From an uncultured Nitrososphaerales archaeon (lineage in GTDB: Archaea > Thermoproteota > Nitrososphaeria > Nitrososphaerales > Nitrososphaeraceae): a stretch of DNA of 64,000 nucleotides. The notes under the pieces were generated by a model. That model was given only the letters and a program-made list of their open reading frames with translations. It was not told the origin of the DNA and did not search any database. The translations under genes were made by a program, and so were the position numbers. Positions 45,239-53,874 of this stretch are shown here, piece after piece (the first letter of the stretch is position 1; the number at the start of each line of letters is the position of its first letter). The stretch is from contig CAVOHZ010000010.1 in the NCBI GenBank assembly GCA_963695855.1, forward strand, positions 1,312,001-1,376,000, written 5' to 3'.

Positions 45239-46264
45239 TTAATTATTCTTCCAATCATTTACAAGCAAGTCCATAGCTCCATCATTTATGATTGTATTGT
45301 AATTTGAAGGATTTCGATAACCCATGTAACCACAATGGTTATCTCCCCATGTTGGAGATAAATCAAATTCTAGACAGTCCCAAAGATAATTTGCATCTGC
45401 ATCATACAAATAAGGGGGTATCTCATATCTAACGTTATACTCTGAATAATAATTTTCGGCTGGTGTTCGTATACCAGATTCACTTCCTTTTAAGCCCAAT
45501 GCCGAATCTGGTTCAGCTTCAGGATAAGATCTTTGTAACAGATTGTCTTCTGGATTATATAAATTATAGAATTTTTCCACAACTTTTTCTATAGGTTTAC
45601 CAGAACATGATAATTGAGGTTGATTAGATATACAATCTGATGCGTCAATGGATACTTGCTCATCATCAATGGCAGCACCTAAAAGATGAATCGATGAAAT
45701 TCTAAAATTTAATAGAGGCTCATTAAATAGACTGTTGATTGCTGAAAAAGTAACTCGTGAACCAAGTGAATGAGCGATAATTCTCAAATCAGTATCAGAG
45801 CATTTACCTTTGAAATCTAAAATAAATTGTGCAAGTTTCTTGCCATTTGCATTCGCTATTTTCTTACCTTCTTCCCATCCTCCAGTAAAATCAAAAAATG
45901 AAGGAGGAGCTAAATTAGAATCCCATGTGAAGCTAATAACAGGTATTAAATAGTTCTTATCTCTAAGAACTAAATTTATTCTATCAGATTCTTCTTGAGC
46001 TTGATCTTCATCACGTAAAAATCCATGAACATATATTACGGATTCACCAGGACAATTTCCTATCTGTAATCCTGGAACATTAATAGCGTTATATTCATTT
46101 ATTGTATAATCCGGTTTTAACTCTCCACTATCAAGATCAAAGTGATTACGTGTAGAAACCTTAATAGAAGATTCTTGTGAAATAGATGAATCCAAAGGCA
46201 GATTAATAAATATTGATGCGGCCATTAATATAATACATATTAAAACGATATTATTGTTTATCAT
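45239..46264 (-). CDS. Secreted alpha/beta hydrolase (DUF726/DUF900-like)
   Basis: Signal peptide; YVHGF; AHSLGSR; HLLGAAID; NHCGY. Confidence 0.85.
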   Translation of the reverse strand: MINNNIVLICIILMAASIFINLPLDSSISQESSIKVSTRNHFDLDSGELKPDYTINEYNAINVPGLQIGNCPGESVIYVHGFLRDEDQAQEESDRINLVLRDKNYLIPVISFTWDSNLAPPSFFDFTGGWEEGKKIANANGKKLAQFILDFKGKCSDTDLRIIAHSLGSRVTFSAINSLFNEPLLNFRISSIHLLGAAIDDEQVSIDASDCISNQPQLSCSGKPIEKVVEKFYNLYNPEDNLLQRSYPEAEPDSALGLKGSESGIRTPAENYYSEYNVRYEIPPYLYDADANYLWDCLEFDLSPTWGDNHCGYMGYRNPSNYNTIINDGAMDLLVNDWKNN

Positions 46265-46339
46265 TATAACAAAATAATAACGGAATCATATAACTTTATT
46301 GTTCTATGTACAAGAGAAGAGAAAAGCATGGTTATCAAC

Positions 46340-46389
46340 ATGGGACCAGTGGTTTGTGAATTGTTTTTGACACAATATTTTTGGCACAT
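46340..46389 (+). repeat. att-like repeat with GGGACCAGTGG head and type I tail
   Basis: atgggaccagtggtttgtgaattgtttttgacacaatatttttggcacat. Confidence 0.8.
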
Positions 46390-46530
46390 CTTATAAGACA
46401 ATTAAAGTAGAACTGGAATTTGACTATAAGTGATAGTGTTAGGAATATAAGGAGTGCAAAAAAACTGAGATAACAGTTACTAATCTTTAATATTTATAAC
46501 TCTATTTGAAGATATAAAAAAGAGGGAATA

Positions 46531-46911
46531 ATGGGAAGAAAGAAGCGAGTTATTCTGATCGGCCTGAACCCTTGGGAAGTCGACTATAGCAATTGGCCTG
46601 ATCTAACTCCAGAAAAGGTCATGGCAGCATTTAAAGCGGACGAAGCGACTCTTAATTCTCTCGGCTATGATGTACAATCGTGTCTAGTTGACCCTGATGA
46701 GACGGCTGAGACTGTCGTCACCCAGAAACTGATAGAGACCACGTTTGATTGCGTCATGATTGGCGCTGGAGTCCGTACCATTCCGGATAAATTTCTTTTA
46801 TTCGAGAAACTCATCAATATCGTGCATCAGCACGCGCCGGCAGCAAGGATTTGCTTCAATACGAAACCGAGCGATACGGCTGAAGCTGTGCAGCGGTGGC
46901 TCCCACCGTAA
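46531..46911 (+). CDS. Conserved hypothetical protein, bacterial-type, elevated GC
   Basis: FDCVMIGAGVR...FEKLINIVHQHAP.ARICFNT.P.DTAEAVQRW. Confidence 0.85.
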   Translation: MGRKKRVILIGLNPWEVDYSNWPDLTPEKVMAAFKADEATLNSLGYDVQSCLVDPDETAETVVTQKLIETTFDCVMIGAGVRTIPDKFLLFEKLINIVHQHAPAARICFNTKPSDTAEAVQRWLPP

Positions 46912-46997
46912 GCTTGACGGTGATTTTAATTTTGTTATAATCTTTTAGTAACTTTTTTGTATATTTTTTTCAAAGTATATGTTCCTAATTGGTTAAC

Positions 46998-47050
46998 TGG
47001 CTCTAAGGGCTTCGAGTCCAACATGTAGTTGGGATCTGTAAACTATTATT
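46998..47050 (+). repeat. att-like dispersed repeat, tail type II
   Basis: tggctctaagggcttcgagtccaacatgtagttgggatctgtaaactattatt. Confidence 0.75.
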
Positions 47051-47281
47051 TATTAATTTAGTAACTTATTAAAATATATCCAAGCTTTAGCTGAGTATAT
47101 AATATTATGAGAAACATGGGAGAAGGATAAGCGATATATTACAGATAGGACTAATGAATATGATTACACAACTGTTAACACAGCTCTATTTTAGGATTGA
47201 AAGCAACCCAAACAAATATCTAAGAATGCATTTTCTTTTGATTTTAATCATGCTAGTGTGTCAAAAGTTGTAGTTTCAAAC

Positions 47282-47456
47282 CTATTTTAGTCAAATTCAA
47301 ACGGTGTCAAAAAATTATACTATTTTAGTCAAATTCAAACGGTGTCAAAAAATTATACTATTTTAGTCAAATTCAAACGGTGTCAAAAAATTATACTATT
47401 TTAGTCAAATTCAAACGGTGTCAAAAAATTATACTATTTTAGTCAAATTCAAACGG
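47282..47456 (+). repeat. Perfect 38-bp tandem repeat, 4.6 copies
   Basis: ctattttagtcaaattcaaacggtgtcaaaaaattata at 47282, 47320, 47358 and 47396; partial copy at 47434. Confidence 0.95.
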
Positions 47457-47664
47457 AATCGAAGGTCGCACATCCTCGAGCTCCCCAGAGACAACCACAA
47501 AGAACGGTGCCCCGGTGTCCCTGCTCATAGGACACTTCGCCACCATTCATCGCACGTATGTGTCCATGCGCTGCAATGCGAGTAAGCTGTGCTGGCGTTA
47601 ATTTCGGAAATATTTGTTCAATACGAGAGCTGATTATAGGAAGTCCCCTGCGCGTATTTGACAT
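47457..47664 (-). pseudogene. Truncated 5' paralog of the cNMP-domain thioredoxin-reductase-like gene
   Basis: MSNTRRGLPIISSRIEQIFPKLTPAQLTRIAAHGH versus MSNIRKGLPLTSSLIEKIFPKLTPAQIRRIAAHGH at 59307. Confidence 0.85.
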
Positions 47665-47924
47665 ATACTTCCAGTGTGGTTGCTTCTCATAAATCATCGC
47701 TTGAATATTTCTTCTGTCTTTATCTGATACGAACATAGTTAGTTCGGCTGCAAGTATATACATGCAGTCAAATCAGATTCCCATAAGAGGTTCAAACCTT
47801 TCGTTTCCTTCTTTGGAATCCCATAATAATATGACATTCATTACAGGTTCTTTTACTTCAGAATAGTTCTTATTTACTAGTTTCCGTAGCAGGATTACCA
47901 CTAAAGAAATTATTAAGTAATTTT

Positions 47925-48044
47925 ACTAGAAAAACTGGCTCTGCTCTTCTGGAATCCAATGACCTGAATTTTGAACTATAATACTATGCACATTTGTAGC
48001 TAATCCTAGCTGTTGTATAGACTTTAATGTACTGTTCCCAGGAA
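47925..48044 (-). pseudogene. C-terminal fragment of an epoxide-hydrolase-like gene
   Basis: LATNVHSIIVQNSGHWIPEE. Confidence 0.7.
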
Positions 48045-49364
48045 TTAACCGAAAGTAAATGTATAGAATTGAAATCCTTTTCCTTTAACATCAATTCCAA
48101 TATAATGAGCAGCGTAGTTGTTATGTATAGCTAAATTATATAGTCTTTGTCCGTCAATTCTGAAACTACCATCAGGTGATAGATCCTCTCCTAGCGATTT
48201 GTTTGATATTCTCGATGTTGACATCGCAGATGCTTCTTCTGCTCCTTTATCATTAAAAACAGCTCCTCCACCTTTTCCTCCTGCTATTATATTTACAGAT
48301 TTTGCATAATATGTCAAAACAATACGCCCAGTATCACTTTGTAATTGCATATTATCAGGGTTGTTTTTCCAAATGCCTTGAAGATATGCTATATGAGGTT
48401 TGAAATTTGTATTAGATGGGATTGAGTATGAAATTGTCTGATCTGGTTTGAAGCCCTCAGGATTTCCGATCGGGGCTCTCGCTTTATCATACCCTATGTA
48501 TATTTCTGGTGTGGTGCTCTGTCTTAAATCTACATATTGCAGACTTCCTGGTTTAATTACTGTAGTAGGTCTTGTATTGAAGCTTATCTCTTTTGCACCC
48601 ATTAGAGCAGCACGTTCTGCTAGCAGCGATTGAATTGCTTTTTCAATTTGATCATAACTACCTTCACCTATGTGATCGTATCTTATATCTCCTTGAGTAT
48701 CAATCAAGTAAAACCTAGGCCAATACTGGTTTCCATAAGCATCCCAAGTTCCATGGTCACTATCTAGTATTACAGGATAACTTATCCCAAATCTTTGGAC
48801 AGCAGCCTTCACATTGGTATAATTCTTTTCAAACGTAAATTCAGGTGAATGAAGACCAACTATGACTAAACCGTTATTAGAATATTTTTGATTCCAATCG
48901 TCAATGTAAGGCATAGGACGAATCGAGTTAATGCATGTGTATGTCCAAATGTATACTAAAACTACTTTTCCTTTAAGAGATGAAAGTGTTAGCGGATTAT
49001 TATTAGGTGTATTAATGTAGCCACTTATTTGAGCAAATTCAGGTGCCTTTTTGAGTTGTAACTTGTCAATGTGCTGGAACTGAGTCTTATTGATTTTCAT
49101 AGTTACGGTATGATTTCCTATCGTTGTATCTAATATTGCAGGATTAGTTATCCCAAATCTTTGCACAGCAGCCTTCACATTGCTATAATTCTTTTCAAAC
49201 GTAAATTCAGGTGAATGAAGACCAACTACGAGCATGTCTTTGTCTTTTTGTTGTATTGGCCATACATTATTAAGACCAGGGTTGTTAAAATATATTGTAA
49301 AACCAAAGATAACATATAGTACCGTTATTGCCACCATTAATGCACTAATATTATTTCGATTCAT
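48045..49364 (-). CDS. DipZ-like redoxin with C-terminal beta domain, N-terminal TM and internal duplication
   Basis: LKGKVVLVYIWTYTCINS; GLHSPEFTFEK twice; NQYWP; FYTFTFG C-terminus. Confidence 0.88.
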   Translation of the reverse strand: MNRNNISALMVAITVLYVIFGFTIYFNNPGLNNVWPIQQKDKDMLVVGLHSPEFTFEKNYSNVKAAVQRFGITNPAILDTTIGNHTVTMKINKTQFQHIDKLQLKKAPEFAQISGYINTPNNNPLTLSSLKGKVVLVYIWTYTCINSIRPMPYIDDWNQKYSNNGLVIVGLHSPEFTFEKNYTNVKAAVQRFGISYPVILDSDHGTWDAYGNQYWPRFYLIDTQGDIRYDHIGEGSYDQIEKAIQSLLAERAALMGAKEISFNTRPTTVIKPGSLQYVDLRQSTTPEIYIGYDKARAPIGNPEGFKPDQTISYSIPSNTNFKPHIAYLQGIWKNNPDNMQLQSDTGRIVLTYYAKSVNIIAGGKGGGAVFNDKGAEEASAMSTSRISNKSLGEDLSPDGSFRIDGQRLYNLAIHNNYAAHYIGIDVKGKGFQFYTFTFG

Positions 49365-49842
49365 TGTTTAAGTTCCACTCCATTCTTTCTGTCTTTGATC
49401 ACACGCATATACATCGTGGCAAAAGTAAATAAGGATTCTCATTTCCATTAAAGCATTTTTATTTTCTATAAGATGTGAAAATCACAATGGCTAGCTTTGG
49501 CTTTTGTTCTTATATAGTTTAATAAAAGCAATAAAGTACTTCATAAAGGCCCAAACGCAAATGACCCTAATCCATCATTTAACAAGTAATGTCAGTAGCT
49601 TTTTCAGCACTACACAAGATGTTAAAATCTGATCCAAAAATGATTAACATAATTTACAAAATACTGACTACAAATGATCGTGAGCAATATAAAGATAATA
49701 ATAACAACGATATCGCTATCAAATATCTTAACCAATAATGATAACATATTAGACTTCGAAAAACATTACGAAAACCTTTTTCTATAATTCTATTGGAAAT
49801 TGTTCAGCAATATTGTAATAAGTTACTAAAAATATAAAAACA

Positions 49843-49889
49843 AGTTTACAGATCCCAATTACATGTCATACTCGAAGCCCTCAGAACCC
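49843..49889 (-). repeat. att-like dispersed repeat, tail type II, inverted orientation
   Basis: Minus strand gggttctgagggcttcgagtatgacatgtaattgggatctgtaaact. Confidence 0.8.
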
Positions 49890-50124
49890 TTATATCAATT
49901 AAAGTTATTTTAATAATGATTCATTAATGAACCAATAATTTATTTATGAAAAAATAATTTATTATTTACTATCCTGCAATATCATTTTGACCAATAACTT
50001 TGGTTGGTTTATTTTAAAAGAAGTTCACCCTTCTTAGATAGTGAATGTACCAATCGTACAAGGTAATTGAATATTAGGATAGTTTACTACAATGTTTATT
50101 ACATACTCATACATAGATTTAACA

Positions 50125-51153
50125 ATGAATGAAAAAAGCAGTTCTTCATTTCATTTTTCATTTTATCTGGTAACAATATTTCTTACAATTCTTGTTGTAA
50201 CCGTAATAATTTTTAGCTCATTAACATTAAATATAAATCAACCCGCAATAGCAGAACAACAACCATCACCTTTTCTTGAAGACATCTCTTTTGATATTGA
50301 TAATGTTACTTTTTCTCATCATATAGCATCTGTCAATAGAATTCAAATGCACTATGTAATTGGAGGTAAAGGAGATCCTGTTGTACTGTTACATGGATTT
50401 CCGCAATCATGGTATGAATGGAGACACATAATGCCGGCATTAGCCAAAAATTATACTGTTGTAGTGCCTGATCTTAGAGGATTTGGTGATTCTTCAAAAC
50501 CTATAACGGGTTATGATGGTAAGACTACTGCTGAAGATATTTATCAATTGGTATCTCAATTAGGTTTCAATAAACCAATTTTTCTCGTAGCACATGATGT
50601 AGGCGCGCAGACAGCTTATTCATATGCTTTCTCTCACCCTGCTAATGTATCAAAATTAGTAATCATGGATTTCCCATATCCAGGTTTTCTACCTGCCGAA
50701 TTTGGTAAGAATGGACCTTGGTGGTTTGCTTTTCATCAGACACCTAATTTACCCGAATTTCTAGTAGAAGGTAAAGAACGAGAATATATATCATGGTTCT
50801 TCAAAGAGTTAGCCTACAACCCATCTGCAATTACAGAAGAAGATATAGATATATTTGCGCATCAGTTTTCATCTCCTGGTACAGCGCGTTCAGCATTTGA
50901 ATATTTTAGAGCTTTTCCAGTTGATGCAGAACAAAATATAGAATCATCCAAAACCAAGATAACAATACCTGTATTAGCATTAGGTGGTGATATTTATCCA
51001 GGGTTAGGTGGCGACATACCTGGCAACTTTGCAGCAAGCTCGTTACAATCACTAGCTACGAATGTAACTGGAGTCACTGTTCCACTTTCAGGACATTGGA
51101 TTCCTGAGGAGCGTCCAGACTTTGTAATAGACCAACTTTCAAAATTCTTTTGA
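50125..51153 (+). CDS. Membrane-anchored epoxide hydrolase-like alpha/beta hydrolase
   Basis: HGFPQSWYEW; AHDVG; EYFRA; GHWIPEE. Confidence 0.92.
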   Translation: MNEKSSSSFHFSFYLVTIFLTILVVTVIIFSSLTLNINQPAIAEQQPSPFLEDISFDIDNVTFSHHIASVNRIQMHYVIGGKGDPVVLLHGFPQSWYEWRHIMPALAKNYTVVVPDLRGFGDSSKPITGYDGKTTAEDIYQLVSQLGFNKPIFLVAHDVGAQTAYSYAFSHPANVSKLVIMDFPYPGFLPAEFGKNGPWWFAFHQTPNLPEFLVEGKEREYISWFFKELAYNPSAITEEDIDIFAHQFSSPGTARSAFEYFRAFPVDAEQNIESSKTKITIPVLALGGDIYPGLGGDIPGNFAASSLQSLATNVTGVTVPLSGHWIPEERPDFVIDQLSKFF

Positions 51154-51443
51154 AATAGGAATGATAACGAAAGTGAATAAAAGTAGAGTACACATATTTA
51201 CTATGGATTAACCAAGTGTGAAATATTGAAATATGGTGGTTAAATCACATGATTCACGATTCAATCATCTAAATTACAATCTTATTTTTTTATCGTTTAA
51301 TAATTTGATTATATTCTTTGTATATACTATCTGTATCGTTAACAGTTTAATACAATATTAAGAATCTATTATTGAGATTATAAATATTAGATTTTATTAT
51401 ATAATGTAATACATAAATATTAAGAATACTAAAGGAAACTTAA

Positions 51444-51614
51444 ATGGCTATCAACAAGGAGCCAAAGAGTCTAGGTATGCCTTGGGAAAAAGAATACGAT
51501 TACGCCCAGGCGGTCAAAGTTGGAGATACTATTTATCTATCGGGACAGGTAAGTCATGATGATGAGGGCAATATCATGGGTCTATTATATAGATTCACTC
51601 GAAACAAAAAATAA
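51444..51614 (+). pseudogene. RidA-family N-terminal fragment
   Basis: PWEKEYDYAQAVKVGDTIYLSGQV; truncated. Confidence 0.75.
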
Positions 51615-51980
51615 AATCATTAGAAGAGAAATATAAAAAAGAGATACAATCGATAAAAGAAGAGATTGAGAATAAATTCAGCTGATACTATCAAAAATAA
51701 AATTAAAAAAATTTGTCTAACAACAACTTTAATTCTTTGGATAAAGACAATTAATTGAAGATAATATATATTGAAAAAAACTTTATGAGATATAATCCCT
51801 AAATTCGAAAAGTATTTCAAATTCAAGTAAATATTTCTATATAAGAAACAAAATCAAGGTCACATTTGTTATATCTTTGTCTATTGATATTTTTTGCAAT
51901 TAAATTTTATAACTATTAAAATACAATTTGAAGGAGAAATTCAATTCCCGTTGATAGTATTCTTCTAATTGTTACTTTTA

Positions 51981-52481
51981 TTATGTAGCCTTTTTCTTTG
52001 ACATTTCTGCGCAGAAACCTTCGGCTGCTTTTTTAATCTCATCTAGAGAAAGGTCTTTCTTATGAGTTGCTATTGACCATTGATATCCAAATGGATCTTT
52101 TATCGATCCAACACGGTCTCCCCAGAATGCATCGTTGACTGGGTGTACTACAGTGGCACCTGCAGATACAGCCTGATTAAAAGTTGAATCTACATCATTG
52201 ACATATAGATAAAGCCAAACTGGATTTCCTCCAACAGATTGAGGTGAAAAAGATTTCATTTCTTGGGATTCCTCAGATAACATAATAGCAGAATCTCCTA
52301 TTATAATTTCTGCGTGCATGATAGTCTTATTATCAGGTCCATACATGCGATGACGTTCTTCCGCATTGAATGATTTTTTATAAAATTCTATTGCACGTTC
52401 TGCATCTTTTATGATTATAAAAGGTGTAATGGTATGGTAGCCATCTGGTACTGGTTTTACATTAGCTGTCATATTTGTCAT
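51981..52481 (-). CDS. VOC/PhnB-family glyoxalase
   Basis: PDGYHTITP; AIEFYK..F; DAFWGDR.G..KDPFG..W. Confidence 0.92.
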   Translation of the reverse strand: MTNMTANVKPVPDGYHTITPFIIIKDAERAIEFYKKSFNAEERHRMYGPDNKTIMHAEIIIGDSAIMLSEESQEMKSFSPQSVGGNPVWLYLYVNDVDSTFNQAVSAGATVVHPVNDAFWGDRVGSIKDPFGYQWSIATHKKDLSLDEIKKAAEGFCAEMSKKKAT

Positions 52482-52656
52482 AATTATTATTACTTTATTT
52501 AAAAATATCCTAAAGAGACTAAATAGAAAATATTTTAAAAGAATTCTAATAATTTAGGTTTAGTATATTAGACTATACTCTCATTGTAAGGAGAATTTGT
52601 TCTGTTTGGTTTTAAACTACATATTACGAATTAATTTCACATCCATAAAACTTGGG

Positions 52657-52705
52657 ATGGGACCAAAATTCATGTCAAATTTGTTGCACATCCCACTGGC
52701 CCCAT
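52657..52705 (-). repeat. att-like palindromic repeat with GGGGCCAGTGGG head and type I-like tail, inverted orientation
   Basis: Minus strand atggggccagtgggatgtgcaacaaatttgacatgaattttggtcccat. Confidence 0.7.
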
Positions 52706-52777
52706 TATATAAGTGGGTTCATTTATGGTGAGTTTGATCTTATGGATTGAAAATACAATAAGGAGAAAATAGGATAA

Positions 52778-52936
52778 ATGTAACAAACTATCTACAAGAA
52801 TAGGGAAAATTCAAAACATACCTAATATAAAGAATAAAGAGATTGTAAATGAGTTTCTTGAATATATGAGAAGTAATGGTTCCTCTGAACATCTTCAAAA
52901 TAATAAATTAAAAGTTGTTATAGCATTAGTAATTTT
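52778..52936 (+). pseudogene. Tyrosine integrase N-terminal stub (copy 3, divergent)
   Basis: KLSTRIGKIQNIPNIKNKEIVNEFLEYMRSNGSSEHLQNNKLKVVIA; homologous pattern to the stubs at 15196 and 16854. Confidence 0.65.
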
Positions 52937-53323
52937 TTATTTCTCATCTATCGAACGTAATCCACTATCTTCTTGTATAACCTCATCTACATAATGTGAA
53001 TGAATATCCCAATCATCATATATGTCACCGACTTTGATATACTTTTGTCCTTCATCATCCTGTATTTCTGATACAGTAGCCATTAGATCTAAGCGAACAG
53101 GAGGGATGGTAGGTAATAATTCCTTAATAGTCAAAGGTATATCATCATCCATTTCATCTTGATAGTAATAAATATTCAAAGCAAAGGATCTACCATTAAT
53201 ATTGCCTAATTCTATTACAGTAGGTTTAGATTCTTTGGATTTTTCTAAATTAGATATAATAGAAAATATTTTGTTATAGCTTAACTCGATAGCTTTTGCT
53301 AATTTATCTTTATCTCCATCCAA
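52937..53323 (-). CDS. Hypothetical acidic protein, possibly a 5'-truncated fragment
   Basis: ORF of 128 aa. Confidence 0.5.
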   Translation of the reverse strand: MDGDKDKLAKAIELSYNKIFSIISNLEKSKESKPTVIELGNINGRSFALNIYYYQDEMDDDIPLTIKELLPTIPPVRLDLMATVSEIQDDEGQKYIKVGDIYDDWDIHSHYVDEVIQEDSGLRSIDEK

Positions 53324-53687
53324 AAACGGTTTATTTAATTTATTAGCTAAGTGTATGAATGAGTCTTATATTCTTATTATCATATATTTCTACATCTTTT
53401 TTAAACTAACGATCTATATGTATACTCTTTTTTTTACTATAATGTAATTCAGGTTACTCATCCAGATAATCCTGTATCTGAAAAATAAATAATTGTTCTC
53501 GGTTACACAGTTTTTGCTAATAAGATCATAGTCATAAAATAATCCATTCTCAGTTTGACCAATTTTTTGACCAAGTACTAGAAAAAAATATCCAGATATG
53601 ATTAATATTTCTTTCTTTTTCAATTCTTTACATATTGTCCATAAATTATAATATCAGAAAGGTTACTAAATCAATCAATAGTAAAGG

Positions 53688-53798
53688 GCTACGAGAAAAA
53701 TTGGTTTATTGAAACCTAATTGAGATACCAATTGATAAATATCTTCAGCAGTAGTCTTACCATCATAACCCGTTATAGGTTTTGAAGAATCACCAAAT
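53688..53798 (-). repeat. Exact 111-bp inverted copy of 50481-50591
   Basis: Base-by-base reverse complement of an internal segment of the hydrolase gene. Confidence 0.92.
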
Positions 53799-53874
53799 TA
53801 TTTCACATTGCTTTAACAGATTTTTCACATTATTAAAAAATTCTTAAATCTAGTTTTATAATTCTACATATATA

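Noticed and set aside
47282-47456. CRISPR array
   Set aside because: Units are contiguous and identical with no unique spacers, and there are no cas genes in the window.
288-52705. Intact tRNA genes at the dispersed sites
   Set aside because: Only T-arm and acceptor 3' strand similarity. No D-arm, anticodon arm or 5' acceptor strand could be built.
1794-52705. Classical integron attC array
   Set aside because: No RYYYAAC/GTTRRRY ends, no IntI gene, and gene orientation between sites is mixed. Kept only as an analogy.
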